Source: Corallochytrium limacisporum Hawaii
Taxonomy: Eukaryota > Protista > Pluriformea
Reading direction: 5' to 3'
Assembly (NCBI GenBank): GCA_002811645.1
Contig: PDIP01000011.1
Coordinates: forward strand, 128,435-192,434
DNA: 64,000 bases
Positions 10,543 to 22,334 of the stretch are shown here, piece by piece; positions within the stretch are counted from its first letter, which is position 1; each line of letters opens with the position of its first letter. Under the pieces are notes generated by a model. It was not told the origin of the DNA and searched no databases. It saw nothing but the letters and a program-made list of their open reading frames with translations. A program made the position numbers and the translations under genes.

Positions 10543-10722
10543 GAGTCAGAGACAGAGTCAGAGACAGAGTCAGAGACAGAGTCAGAGACAGAGTCAGAGA
10601 CAGAGTCAGAGACAGAGACAGAGACAGAGACAGAGACAGAGACAGAGACAGAGACAGAGACAGAGACAGAGACAGAGACAGAGACAGAGACAGAGACAGA
10701 GACAGAGTCAGAGACAGAGACA
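10543..10722. repeat. Hexamer array, 30 units of GAGACA/GAGTCA (alternating 12-mer block, then pure GAGACA)
   Basis: Directly visible tandem repeat. Confidence 0.95.
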
Positions 10723-12012
10723 GAGAGAGAAAAAAATTCAGAAGGCCTCTCGGGAATTTTCACACACAAAACCGTAGCACCGTGGCCGAAAGTGAAGAAA
10801 ACACACACACAGAAATTTCCTCCACAAAAAAAAAAAGGACAAAAAAATTATTGGCACCGGCATAAAAAAAAATAAACCTGCCCACGCCCCGAGCTCTCGC
10901 CCTGGCGGCAGACGGAAGGAAGGAAGGAGGAGGAGGGTGGGGGCCAAGCCAAGACGCATAGTTTGCCCGTGCTTGGCACCTTGTCCGCCCCGCGAGGGAA
11001 AGTCACAGCAGTTCCACCGAATTTTCAACTCTAGCGCTACTGAGAACTCCGATATTGATAGTTAATGTACTATTTAAAATTGACCCGTGTGTGACGATGA
11101 GATAGTTTTCTGCTGTCGAGTGATCTTGGCTTCGCCAGGGGGCGGGGCGGGGGACGGGATCTCTCTTGGCTCCAGCCTCTCGTTTCGCCAGGTCTCCCAC
11201 ACTGTCCGATGCGTACAATATCGCCATCGATACCAATTCTTGCATGCAGTCTCTATACATAAATTTGCCGCAGTATTAGATCAGACGTATCAGTCGAGCC
11301 GGTTCGGTGTCCCCTTTGCAGGGCCAGTCTGTTCACCTCCCTTCTCTGTTGGGGAGGGGGGCCAGGGGACTGCGTCACTCTCTCCCTCTCTCTCTCTCTC
11401 TCTCTTTTGGCTCTAACTTTTCGTGTGCTTTTTAAGCTTTTCTCTTTGGTCTTTCTATCTTTTCGTATTTTTCATTTGCCATATTTTTTTAAAAAAGTCG
11501 TTTGGTGCAGGCAAAGGCCCCTTTTTCCCTTGTTTTCATTTCCGGTGGTCTTTGTGTGTGTGCGTGCGTTAGCGTGTGCGTGTGCGTGTGCGTGTGTGGG
11601 TGAGTGGGGGAAGGGGGGCCAAAGGGCTGAACTCGGGGTGCTCTCTCCCTCTCTCTCTCTCGCTGCTCCTGCGGCCCGGGGTCCGTCTGACCTTCGCAGT
11701 GAATGGGAACCGCGGGGCCCGAAGGCAGCAACCAGCACACAACACGCCCTGAGGCGCTCTGTGTGCGATAGGACAAACCACACACTGCACGGGGTAAGAA
11801 CAAATATAGATGGGAGACACGATGAATGAAAGGCACCCATGGGGATGTTAATGTCTTCAGCTGCACTTCTGTTCGAATTTTACGTACTGCATTCGCGGGT
11901 ATGTTGACGCATGCCGAGTAGGACATTTCGGCCTATTTAATGTGGCCCACGTGTGGGAATTGTTGATCACGGCAGAACGCCCCCTCTCCATATCACTTCG
12001 GGATAATTTGCA

Positions 12013-12249
12013 ATTGTATTCAATAACCAAGCGAAGGAGCCTCGTTACGAGTCTTTCGCTTTTCATTACCAAAACAAAAAGTTAGGTCATCGGGTGGCTG
12101 TGGATCGAAGCCCGGTGATTTTAGTTTCGGAGGAGTCCACAAGGTTACCTTCGCGTGTCATGCACATTGAGCACAAAGGGGAAGTCCGCTTTGTGACAGT
12201 AAACTGGGGCATCGATAACTGCTCCTTCTTCCCCCGTGAGCCGTCCTAG
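12013..12249 (+). promoter_or_regulatory. Regulatory uORF (uCC-like) in ODC leader ending ...FFPREPS-stop; start at ATT 12013 or ATG 12160
   Basis: Frame open 12007-12249; ends CCG TCC TAG; matches the EPS* end of the AZIN1/ODC uCC peptides. Confidence 0.75.
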
Positions 12250-12373
12250 CATCCCTTCTCTAGGCATCCTTTAACCGGGAGTATCAAAAACTTTTATCCT
12301 CATAGCTGAATCGCGTATTCGTTTTAGCCTAGCTTAGAAAATCAAAGCAAAAAAAACCAACTTTTTAGTAACC

Positions 12374-13627
12374 ATGTACAAGAACAAGATCAACATTGAG
12401 CAGCTGACTTCCCACGCAGAGGTCGTGGAGAAGTTTGTTGAGATTGCTGAGACTGAGGGCCAGGAAGATCCCTTCTTTGTAGTTGACCTGGGCCAGGTCA
12501 AGCGCAAGTTCAACTACTGGAAGGAGCTCCTCCCACGTGTGGAGCCCCACTATGCCGTCAAGTGCAACCCGGACCCCAAGATTTTGGAGACTCTGGCGAA
12601 ATTGGGATCGGATTTCGACTGTGCCAGCGCCACGGAGATGAAGATGGTCACTTCACTGGGTGTTGACCCCGAGCGCATCGTGTACGCCCACCCGTGCAAG
12701 CCAGCCAGCCACGTGAAATACGCGGCTGCCAACAATGTCAACCTGACCGTTTTTGACAACGAGACTGAGCTCTACAAGATGAAGGAGCTGCACCCTGACT
12801 CTAAGCTGCTGCTCCGTGTGCTGACTGACAACAGTCGCGCCCGTTGCAACCTGGGTATCAAGTTTGGCAGCACCCTCGATCGCGTGCCCGGTCTTCTGGC
12901 CTTGGCCAAGGAGCTCGAGCTTGAGGTTGCGGGTGTCTGCTTCCATGTCGGGTCGGGATGCACTGATTCTATTGCTTACCTTGATGCCGTCGAGGTGGCC
13001 AAGTCTGTCTTTGAGATGGGCATCGAAGCCGGCCACAACATGCGCATTCTCGACATTGGTGGCGGTTTCCCCGGTGCTATTGAGGATGGTGTGACCTTTG
13101 AGGACATTGTCCGCGTCGTGAACGTTGCTCTGGACCGCTACTTCCCCGAAGAGGAATACGGTCATGTCCGCATCATTGCCGAGCCTGGCCGCTACATGGC
13201 TGCGTCCTCTCATGTGCTGCTGGCGAACGTGATTGCGAAGCGTATCGTGCCCCGTGACGTTGTGCAGCGCGCTGACGGTGAGGAAATCACCAGTGATGAC
13301 CACCCTGCCTTCATGTACTACCTGAACGACGGTGTCTACGCATCTTTCAATTGCATCCTTTACGACCATGCCACCGTGAACCCGATCCCTTACTCCGAAT
13401 CTGCGCTGCGGACCGCTGACTCCACTTTCCAAAGCTCCCTGTGGGGCCCGACCTGTGACGGCTTGGATTGCATCACCAAGGACACTCTGCTTCCGGAGCT
13501 AGAGGTTGGCGACTGGCTGATCTTTGAGAACATGGGTGCTTACACCAACGCTGCCGGTTCTGCATTCAACGGCTTCACTTTGGCTGCCTCTCACTACCTA
13601 GACACTACTGCTGAACCCTCTGCCTAA
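12374..13627 (+). CDS. ODC1: Ornithine decarboxylase, catalytically intact
   Basis: PHYAVKCN (PLP Lys), FHVGSG, LDIGGGFPG, IAEPGRY, WGPTCDGLD (catalytic Cys), MGAYT. Confidence 0.96.
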   Translation: MYKNKINIEQLTSHAEVVEKFVEIAETEGQEDPFFVVDLGQVKRKFNYWKELLPRVEPHYAVKCNPDPKILETLAKLGSDFDCASATEMKMVTSLGVDPERIVYAHPCKPASHVKYAAANNVNLTVFDNETELYKMKELHPDSKLLLRVLTDNSRARCNLGIKFGSTLDRVPGLLALAKELELEVAGVCFHVGSGCTDSIAYLDAVEVAKSVFEMGIEAGHNMRILDIGGGFPGAIEDGVTFEDIVRVVNVALDRYFPEEEYGHVRIIAEPGRYMAASSHVLLANVIAKRIVPRDVVQRADGEEITSDDHPAFMYYLNDGVYASFNCILYDHATVNPIPYSESALRTADSTFQSSLWGPTCDGLDCITKDTLLPELEVGDWLIFENMGAYTNAAGSAFNGFTLAASHYLDTTAEPSA

Positions 13628-13990
13628 GGGGACAACTCATCTGTTTTTGGATCGAGCTTTCAATGGCCGTAGTTTAATCATTATATCTTGTTTAGACATT
13701 TACTCTCAAGCCTATAATCATATTGCACTGTCCATTGCTTCCCATCCTCACTAACATCTCCCACAAAAACACACGCACAGCCTAGAGAGGCATAGGACAC
13801 TGCTGGCTCCCCCCTTGTGGTGCGGTGCGCTCACGGCTCTCCCCGTACTCTCCTCCACGCTCTTCCCCCCCTCCCCCCATCCCTCCCCGAACCAACAACA
13901 ACAAACCCCCAACCCCACATGAAGATCGCGTGGGGCCCGCCGTTTGTGTGTAAAGACAAAAAAATCCTGACGCGCCTTCGGCCGTACGGA

Positions 13991-14439
13991 ATGTACGAGG
14001 CTTCGCCCGAAGGCGCTCCTGGGGGAGTGGAGATTGATCCGCGATCGGCTTCGTGCAGATATTTAAAACAGTCCGTATATTATTATTGCCCGTTGCCCTC
14101 CCCGCTCGGCGAATCCCCCAGTCTCATCAGCAGAAGGGATTCAGCAAAGTACCAAGCTACCTTGCCAAGCGTCAAGAAGAACTGAAGGCTGAACGTGATG
14201 CGGTTGCCGAAGAGAAGATCAGCTTTACCACGATGACTGACAAGGAGCGTGAGGAACTTTTGGAAGGCTTGAAAAAGAACTATAATAAGCTGCAGAAGGG
14301 CTTCCAAACCATGTCATTCACCATAGACTCTGCTGCGAAGGCGCACCGCAAACAGTGGCTTGAAGACCAGCTCGACCAGTACGAGAAAGACATTGACATG
14401 CTAGAACGTCATCAGGTCATCATGATAAGCAAGTCATAA
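13991..14439 (+). CDS. Short enkurin-domain protein; probable small intron about 14075-14130/14133; 5' structure uncertain
   Basis: KVPSYL...EREELLEGLKKNY...RKQWLEDQL..YEKDIDMLERHQVI resembles the enkurin C-terminal domain; no in-frame ATG before the domain, but a GT..AG intron joins an upstream ATG frame in phase 0. Confidence 0.6.
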
Positions 14440-15613
14440 GCGCCTAAATTCAGTGCTGTTACTGTTACACAATCGGCAATTCGTATTAGCTAATACTTTT
14501 CATCGACGATGACCAGGAACATCATGCATCACGAAGTGCTTCAAGCATCTTGCTGCGCGCGTTCGAATACACCCACCCACACCCCCCTTCCGCAATTCTC
14601 GATTAAACTGTGCACCTCGTTATATGAATTAATCCAGGGGCAGAAAAATGGCAGCCAGCCAACTAAGCGCCCGTTTGTTAGTATGCGTCCCCCCCCCGGG
14701 GGAGGGGGGCGGAGGGAAGTATGGCAATGCCTTGCATTTGTAAGGTTGCTCGGTCGTCAAGAATTCCGCCGGGTTTTACACATTTTCCTTGTCCTTTATT
14801 TTAATACTAGTAAAAGACAATATTTGCACCAGCGGGCCCCCGGGCCATAGTTCCCCAAAACCCGCCACCAAGCGTCGTGGCGAGTGCCGGGGTTTCTTGG
14901 GTCTCAATCGTCCGTGTCTCTCTGGTACCTCACGTCCCCGTACCAAAATCCTCCACGTCCGTCCGGCCTCCACACACACACCCCCACTTCCTTCCCAACG
15001 CTGCCAGCTTTTCTTTCTTTCGTTTCACGTTCTTTTTCCCTATTTTTTTTTCTTTTGGGTCCTTGCTGCACACTGACCCGCTCAATTTTTTTTGCCGGCC
15101 TTCCAAGGTTCTGGGTCTGCCAAGGTTGGCACGTTTCTTCTTTGCTCGGTCCTTTTTTGGGGGGGGGGGGNNNNNNNNNNNNNNNNNNNNNNNNNNNNNN
15201 NNNNNNNNNNNNNNNNNNNNNNNNNNNNNNNNNNNNNNNNNNNTCCAAGGTTCTGGGTTTGCCAAGGTTGGCACGTTTCTTCTTTGCTCGGTCTTTTTTT
15301 GGGGGGGGGGGGGCCGGAGCGGCACCCTTCCCCCGGGGGGCGCCTCTCGGATATTGAAGAGCCCAGGCAGGGAGGAAAAATGACGCGACAGCTTCTGATT
15401 TGTAATGTCATGTTTATATTTTCATTTTGTGTGCTTTGTAGCATTTTCCTATCTCCTTGTAATTTTTTGTGTGTCCATGATAAGCATTTGATCTGATACT
15501 AAGGTCAAGGTATTTGGAAACAAGCCGTCACCTTCGACGCAGTGTTTATAGCAAGTTCGGCGTCAAGGGGGTGATAAATTCAGTGGACCCGAACCCATTA
15601 GCCATTATACACT

Positions 15614-15844
15614 ATGGTGCGTGCAGCAGAAGAGACCAGTCTGGTCAGTCCAGACTACTGGATCAACGTTTTCAAGTCAATCTGGGCGGCCATCATGCTG
15701 TTCTTCAGCACTCTGTTCTATCCCGGCACTGGCACCTCGAACATTCCTAGTGGCACTGGGGTGCATCGGGTGCGCCGCGGTGGCAGGAAGATCGGTGGCA
15801 TCAATCATGGCTCACACGTTGCCCGGGGTGGGTGAGCCAGGTAA
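15614..15844 (+). CDS. SELENOK: Selenoprotein K; in-frame UGA at 15833-15835 read as Sec, C-terminus GG-U-AR
   Basis: Single TM with ...IMLFFSTL, Gly/Arg-rich tail RKIGGINH, then GGT GGG TGA GCC AGG TAA, parallel to SelK ...GGUGR. Confidence 0.82.
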
Positions 15845-16526
15845 GCGTCCAGGATTTTTAGTTGCTCTCGTTTAGAGCCCCTTTCATCTGGCCAGTATGT
15901 TTGTAATTGGCCTTATGGGTAGGCCGTTTGGTGGCTGTGGTTGATCCACAGGCCTCGAAGGGCAGATGGAAAGGAATCTTGAATGAGGCAGCCAGGACTT
16001 GGTCAGAACCCCTTTTGGAGGTCAAGACATGAGTTCTGATCCTGGACGCTGGGGGTTGAAACTCTACGCAAAACACATTATGACACTGCAGCGGGAACGA
16101 AAAATGATTGGAGCAAGTACCAGACTCCAAGTTTATGACGCCCACAGACAGAAATGAAGAAACCGCGGCAAGAGTCCGAGGAACTGTCTGTTTACAACTT
16201 AGTGGCTGATCAGGAATCGTTTTGCTTTTCTCGCAGGGGACCACACCACAACAATGCATCAGTTGTTTCATGATCATGGGCTGTGGTGGTCCTTGGTTAC
16301 ATCCGCATGTCTCGCGTAGTGGAGGAACGACCGCGAAGAATCGTTTCTCGGAAATTTTTAACCCAGAACCCGAACCAACTCTCTCTTAGAAGCACATGCA
16401 TTTCACACAAAACCAATCGATAAAGAAAATTTTCTGCTTGTTTTATCTAATATGTATGGGCGTACCCTGCCCATGTGTTCTTTAACAAATGTGTAAAACG
16501 TTCGTTGGCAATCGGCCACTGACCAA

Positions 16527-16805
16527 TCACCTATTCTGATTCTCCTCCTTCTGTTTCTTTCCCGCCTCGTACATTGCCACCCGTTCTTTCTGGCGCTCAA
16601 TCACTCGCGTGCGAGACAGTCTCTGTTTCCATGCCTCACGTTCTTCTGCGTGCTGCACGGACCATGGCACAACCTCACCGGACGCCAGTTGCGAGTTCAG
16701 ACGGAGGCTAGCACCCACTGCTGCAATGGGGACAATGATGAGCATGTAGTACGAGAACTTGTTCCATGAATTAATGGAGACAAATCCACCTCCTCGGCGT
16801 GACAT
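16527..16805 (-). CDS. Small single-pass membrane protein with charged coiled-coil tail (possibly mitochondrial)
   Basis: aacATG start, hydrophobic YYMLIIVPIAAVGASL, E/K/R-rich C-terminus. Confidence 0.55.
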   Translation of the reverse strand: MSRRGGGFVSINSWNKFSYYMLIIVPIAAVGASLRLNSQLASGEVVPWSVQHAEEREAWKQRLSRTRVIERQKERVAMYEAGKKQKEENQNR

Positions 16806-17099
16806 GTTTGCAACTCTTCAAAAGATGTGTGCCCAATATGTGTGTTCCTCTTTCCACCTCTACCCAAAAGTCATAGTCAGGAGCGTCGGGACATCATCAT
16901 CACCCACCACATGACCGACAACTCTCATCCACCCGGAGGCATTTTGGAATATGATTTGGTCTTATCACTCCCGCTCTACCTATGATTTAAATATCTTTGT
17001 ATGATTTATAAATTGGAGAAAGAAGGTGCGGCATTCCCTTTCTCCGGCAGTCCTCGTTAGCGCTCTCCATGCCCGTCACTGCTCTCTCCACACCCACAA

Positions 17100-19609
17100 G
17101 CAGCAGTCACACCAACGAGCAGCCACCCGAGCCGCACACAGGCCAAACTCCCCCCCCCGGGGGCCCGCGGGGTGCTGGGGGGACTAGGGCAGATGATTAT
17201 ACATCCTGACTTATTTAAACTCCCACCGTTCATTATGGACTCCCGTTCCGGGACGTGCTTATAAATCAATATTCAGTACTCAATCTACGGCCTCTGGTGG
17301 CCATGGAAATCCGGATATTGATAATCCCCCCCCCCCAAACACACACACACACGCAGAATCCCTCCCCGGGGAGATGGCACCAGCAACCCCCCTCCCTCCC
17401 GCTTCCCCACCAACCGCGAACCCCTTCCAAACACACACACCAGCCCCTCAGACTCCCTCCCACCGGGCCCGGGCCCACCCCCCCCGGCCCGTTGCTCCCC
17501 CCGGCCCCCNNNNNNNNNNNNNNNNNNNNNNNNNNNNNNNNNNNNNNNNNNNNNNNNNNNNNNNNNNNNNNNNNNNNNNNNNNNNNNNNNNNNNNNNNNN
17601 NNNNNNNNNNNNNNNNNNNNNNNNNNNNNNNNNNNNNNNNNNNNNNNNNNNNNNNNNNNNNNNNTCCCCTTCTTTCTCCTTTTCACTTCGCACTCCCCCC
17701 TTCCCTCTCCCCCCTCGCCCGCGGTCTCCCTCTCTCTGTCTTTTCAGAGTCTCTGTCGCTGTCTCTCTCTCTCTCTCTCGACAACCACCCCTGTCACACT
17801 GTCTCCCTTAATCCCCCCTCTTTTCCTTCCTTCCCTACCTTTTTGACCAATCATTGGCTCTTACTATATCCCTTACAGCCAATCAGAGAGCGTTCACGCT
17901 ACCCAGTTGCCCACAGAGAAGCACACGCGTCGTTAAAAATTTGCACCCAAAATCCAAAAAAAAAAAAAGAAAAAGGGGGGAAAAATGGAGCAAAACCGGA
18001 AAAAGAAAGGGCAAAGTGTACTGGGCACTGTGCCAGACTTTCAGCGCAGATTTTCTTTTTTTCTTTCTTTCTTTCTCTCTCCCGACCCCCCCCCGGGCCC
18101 CCTTTTTCCAAAAGCCAAAATAAAAATGTAAAAAAAGAAAAGAGAGAAAGTGGGAATGTTTAATTATAAACAGAGAAACAGCAAAAGAAAGAAGAAGGAT
18201 CATAGGCAGATGGGAGATGAAACCATCAATCAAAACGCCCCTCTCCCAACGACCAAACAAGAAAAAACATTGACCTAAAACTCCATAAAAAATTAGGCGG
18301 GTGTCGATGAAAACACAGCCACCGTGCCTAATTGGATTGGCCGGCCCATATAAAAAGAATGAAATATAAAGAATATAAGGAACAAAGGGGGTGTGGTGTG
18401 GTACGGAAGGGAAGTCTTTGCCATTGCGGATCCCAAAAAAAAAGCAATTACAAAAGCGTCTCTGTTGCGTTTGCCTTCTATTTTTTTGTTCTTGATTATT
18501 CTTTGGTTACAGAGTCTCTTATTTTTGTTTTCTTGAATGTATATTTTAAATGCGCAAAACAATCACAAGCAAACAGAAGCTTAAAAAAAGAAAAGCGAGG
18601 GAAGTATAAATTTTAGGGCCACTGTGCCTTTATTTTGTATAGTCGAATCCTTTCCCTCCTCTCTCTCTCTCTTCCCCGGACCCCTGAGCCGTCTCCTTCT
18701 TCGCACCGGTCCACTCCCCAAAAACATAAACTTAACCAGCTTGAGAGTGTGTGTACCTCAAGGGACAATTATTTACAAAAGTTAAAATAGAAAAAGAAGA
18801 AACCCCCGGGTCGGTAAGAAAGGAAAAAAAAAGAAAAAAATAGAAATAAAGGGCAAAAAAAAGGGTTGGTCTCCTACGGCACCAGCAATATGAAAGATGG
18901 AATGGGTAGAATTGTCAATTAAGTTGGTATCTTTGGGCGAATATCCCGAGCGACGATCGATCGTAGTTGCTTCCGTTGTTTTATTCGTCCGAAGAGAGAG
19001 AGAGAGAGAGAGAGAGGGGAACGCTACTTTTCTCTTTCTTTTTTTGTTGGGTTTTTATGTTTTTTTTGCGGGTTCGCTTGGTGCGCGCGCGCGCCCTGGG
19101 GCAAAGCCCCGGGAACCAAAGAAAAAAAGGGGGAAAAAAGGAAAAATTGGCGCTTCTTTCCAGAGCGATAGGTCTTCCGTAAGAAAATTAGGTGATTTTG
19201 TATGGTCGGGCTACGAACATAAAATTGGCTTGGCTTCCGCCTATCCACCTGCCGTCCATTCTAATATTTTTTTGCGGGCCCTTTTACCCCACTCCCCCAA
19301 ACGCGTTCGGTCGCACTGAATTTTTAATTCATTTTTTTATTTGCTCCCCCCTTTCTCCACTTTGTCTTTGCCAGCGCCCGAGGAGGCTTCCGGGGCCTCG
19401 CCTCTGTGTGTATGGTCAGGGGACTTCCCCCCCCCTCCCCCTTCCTGCGCGGCGACGGTGCTCAGACAGAGAGAGAGAGAGGTTATTTTCTTGGGTGTTA
19501 GGACGGTAGACGCTGGTTGGGAAGGCGGGCGTGGGGAAGTAGAGAGAGAGAGAAAGAGCGAGAGCTATACCCCCGGCGCGCGCCGGCGCGATCGCCACAC
19601 GCACACACA

Positions 19610-19641
<32 letters not shown>

Positions 19642-20570
19642 GTCGCAGAACATTGCCGGTGTGTGTGAGTCCGCCGTGGCAGCTGCGGCTGGTGTGGTGC
19701 ACCAGTGCAGGGCGGAAGGATGGCGGCGGGAAAAAAAAGGGAGAATAAAAATCAAAAGGGAGAAGTTGGTTGGGTCAAAGGGCGCGCGCGCGCGCCGGCC
19801 CCCCCCCCCGGGGGCGTTGCCTGTGTAACAAAAAATCACACCACCGGAGCGGGGCGGTCACGGTACACAGAGAGCCCGGGAAGGAAAAAAAAAGGGGGGT
19901 GGGAGGGCAACCAAAGACGCACACACACACACACACACACAACCCACGCAGAGCAAGTTTAAATTCAAAAAGAAAAAAAAAGACAAAGGGAAAATCGGGA
20001 AGGAGCAGAGCGGAGGAAGGGGAAGGGAGAGAGGGAATAAAAAAAAAACAGGACTACTACTGCAAAAGAAAGGGAGAGAGTGTGGGGGGGGGGAGGACCG
20101 GCGCGCGCCCAGCGCGTTCCCTCAACCAAGAAAAGAAAAAGAAACAAAAAGAAACAAAAAAAACTTTCTCTTTGGTCTCGAAGGACCCGCGGACGGAAGA
20201 GAAGAGACTGGGTCAAGGTCCCCCCCCCACCCCTGCGGGGGGTTCCCCCACCGTCGCTTTGGTGAGGGGAGATTGGCTTGGGTTGGGGCAGTTGTTAAAG
20301 GGCGAGGGACCACACCGACCGCGTTTCTTTAAACGGCTCCCTTGGGCGCAAAGAAAAAAAGAAAAAAGGAAAAAAGGAAAAAGGAAAAAAAAAAGTTGGA
20401 AGAGAGAAAAGAAGGGCAGTAGGCACGGTGGGCACACAGAGGGAAGCGAGAGAGAGAGAGAGAGCGAGAGAGACAGAGAGAGAGACACAGAGAGAGAGAG
20501 AGAGAGAGAGAAGGGTGGGCTTCCCACTCCTTGGGAAGGGTTGGGAAGGCTGTCGTTGCTGGGCGAATGA
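17100..20570. repeat. Low-complexity gene-free tract: (GA)n/(CT)n, (CA)n, (CG)n and A/T/G/C homopolymers; includes N gap 17510-17664
   Basis: Direct inspection; ORFs here are composition artefacts. Confidence 0.8.
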
Positions 20571-21058
20571 ATGAAGACATACGTGACGCGCACATATGCT
20601 TTCATGCATCCCCCACCAGCTCATGATAACGGTTTTCGGTATGTGGTTGCCAGTGATCGATAGGTGGTGAAGGCTATGTGAAGGTAGAAGGTTTTAGTAT
20701 GCTAGCAACGTCCGTACGTGCGGAACCAGATCGGATTGGAACCACAGAGCGAGAAATTCGTGAACGGTGTGCGGAAGGATATCAGCACCGGACACGAAAG
20801 ACAGTATAGGGAAAACTCTGGAACGTGACGACACAGACAGATCGTGTGTTATTCACTGACGGTATGGTTCAGAAGTGAAGATACAAACCGCGGGAAAGTT
20901 TCTACATTTGCGCTGAACACCTAGCATAGAGAAATAAGCTAGACTACTATTCATCTGTTTGATTGCACGACCGTAGGGAAAATTTGTGCGATAATCATCC
21001 ATAGAAAACAGGAAACAGTTCCGTTAACCTAATCACATTCATCAGAAAAGCAAAGCGA

Positions 21059-22099
21059 ATGCCAACCAAAATGGCCCCAGAACATATTCAGTCGCTTCGC
21101 AAGGAAGCAGAACAGCTCAAGTCCAAGATCAAGCAAGCACGGGAGACTGCCAAGGATGCCACGCTCGCAGAATGCTCTAAGGACGTCCCTGACCTGCCCA
21201 AGCAGCAATTCCGCATTCGGAGGACCCTGCGTGGTCACTTGGCAAAGATCTACGCTCTCCACTGGAGCACAGACAACCGGCAACTCGTCAGTGCCAGCCA
21301 GGATGGTAAGCTCCTGATTTGGGATGCCTATACAGCGAACAAGGTGACCGCTGTGCCCCTCCGCAGTTCCTGGGTAATGACCTGCGGCTACGCGCCAAGC
21401 GGTAACTTTGTGGCAGCGGGTGGCCTGGACAATATCTGCACTGTCTACGCGCTGCGGTCTCGTGATGGACAGCCGCGCATCAGCCGTGAGTTGGCTGCTC
21501 ACACTGGCTACCTGTCATGCTGCCGCTTCCTTAGCGACAAGGAGATTCTCACTAGCTCAGGCGACATGACCTGTGCGCTGTGGGATATTGAGAGCGGACA
21601 GCTCAAGACTCAGTTCACTGGCCACAATGGAGATGTCATGAGCGTCAGCCTGGGACCTGACCAGAACACATTTGTGTCCGGAGCTTGCGACGCCTTGGCG
21701 AAAGTCTGGGACATTCGCTCCGGCAAGTGCGTCCAGACGTTTAGCGGCCACGAGAGCGACATCAACAGCGTCCAGTTCTTCCCGAATGGCAAGGCCTTTG
21801 TCACCGGTAGCGACGACTCCAGTTGTCGACTGTTTGACCTGCGCTCCGACTGCGAAGTCAACGTGTACACCTCTGAGAACATTCTCTGTGGCATCACGTC
21901 GGTTGCGTTCTCGAACTCCGGACGGTTGCTGTTTGCTGGCTACGATGACTTCCATTGCTACGTCTGGGACACGCTCAAGGCACAACGGGTGGGTGACCTG
22001 CAAGGCCACGAGAACCGGCTCAGCTGTCTCGGTGTTAGCCCAGATGGTAAGGCGCTGTGCACTGGATCATGGGATAGCAAGCTGTGCATCTGGAACTAA
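21059..22099 (+). CDS. GNB: Heterotrimeric G-protein beta subunit
   Basis: N-terminal coiled coil, [24 protein letters not shown], seven WD40 repeats, TGSWDS..IWN end; start may be 21071. Confidence 0.97.
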   Translation: MPTKMAPEHIQSLRKEAEQLKSKIKQARETAKDATLAECSKDVPDLPKQQFRIRRTLRGHLAKIYALHWSTDNRQLVSASQDGKLLIWDAYTANKVTAVPLRSSWVMTCGYAPSGNFVAAGGLDNICTVYALRSRDGQPRISRELAAHTGYLSCCRFLSDKEILTSSGDMTCALWDIESGQLKTQFTGHNGDVMSVSLGPDQNTFVSGACDALAKVWDIRSGKCVQTFSGHESDINSVQFFPNGKAFVTGSDDSSCRLFDLRSDCEVNVYTSENILCGITSVAFSNSGRLLFAGYDDFHCYVWDTLKAQRVGDLQGHENRLSCLGVSPDGKALCTGSWDSKLCIWN

Positions 22100-22334
22100 A
22101 GCAAAAGAAACAGGACCTCAGAGAATTCAAAGTGTTCAGGTCGCAAAGCAACAGAGTTGCCTGTTACTGGACCATCCTTTTCTGAAATACAACACTTTTG
22201 TTGACGATGAAGATGTCCGCCACGGGGGCCCACGAAGGCCTCCCAATGAAGAAACCCAATACAAGACCAACATTGTCCCTTTTTTTGCAGAATGGTTTTT
22301 TACTCTCTTTTTTTTTCCCTTTTTGATGTGTGTG

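Noticed and set aside
15102-15312. ~68-nt near-identical direct repeat either side of N gap 15171-15243; similar at 53328-53503
   Set aside because: Typical unmerged contig overlap at a homopolymer run; assembly artefact
17255-20624. Many K/R/E-rich or F/S/L-rich ORFs (also 10222-10875, 51862-53913, 61324-62916)
   Set aside because: Translations of microsatellites and homopolymers
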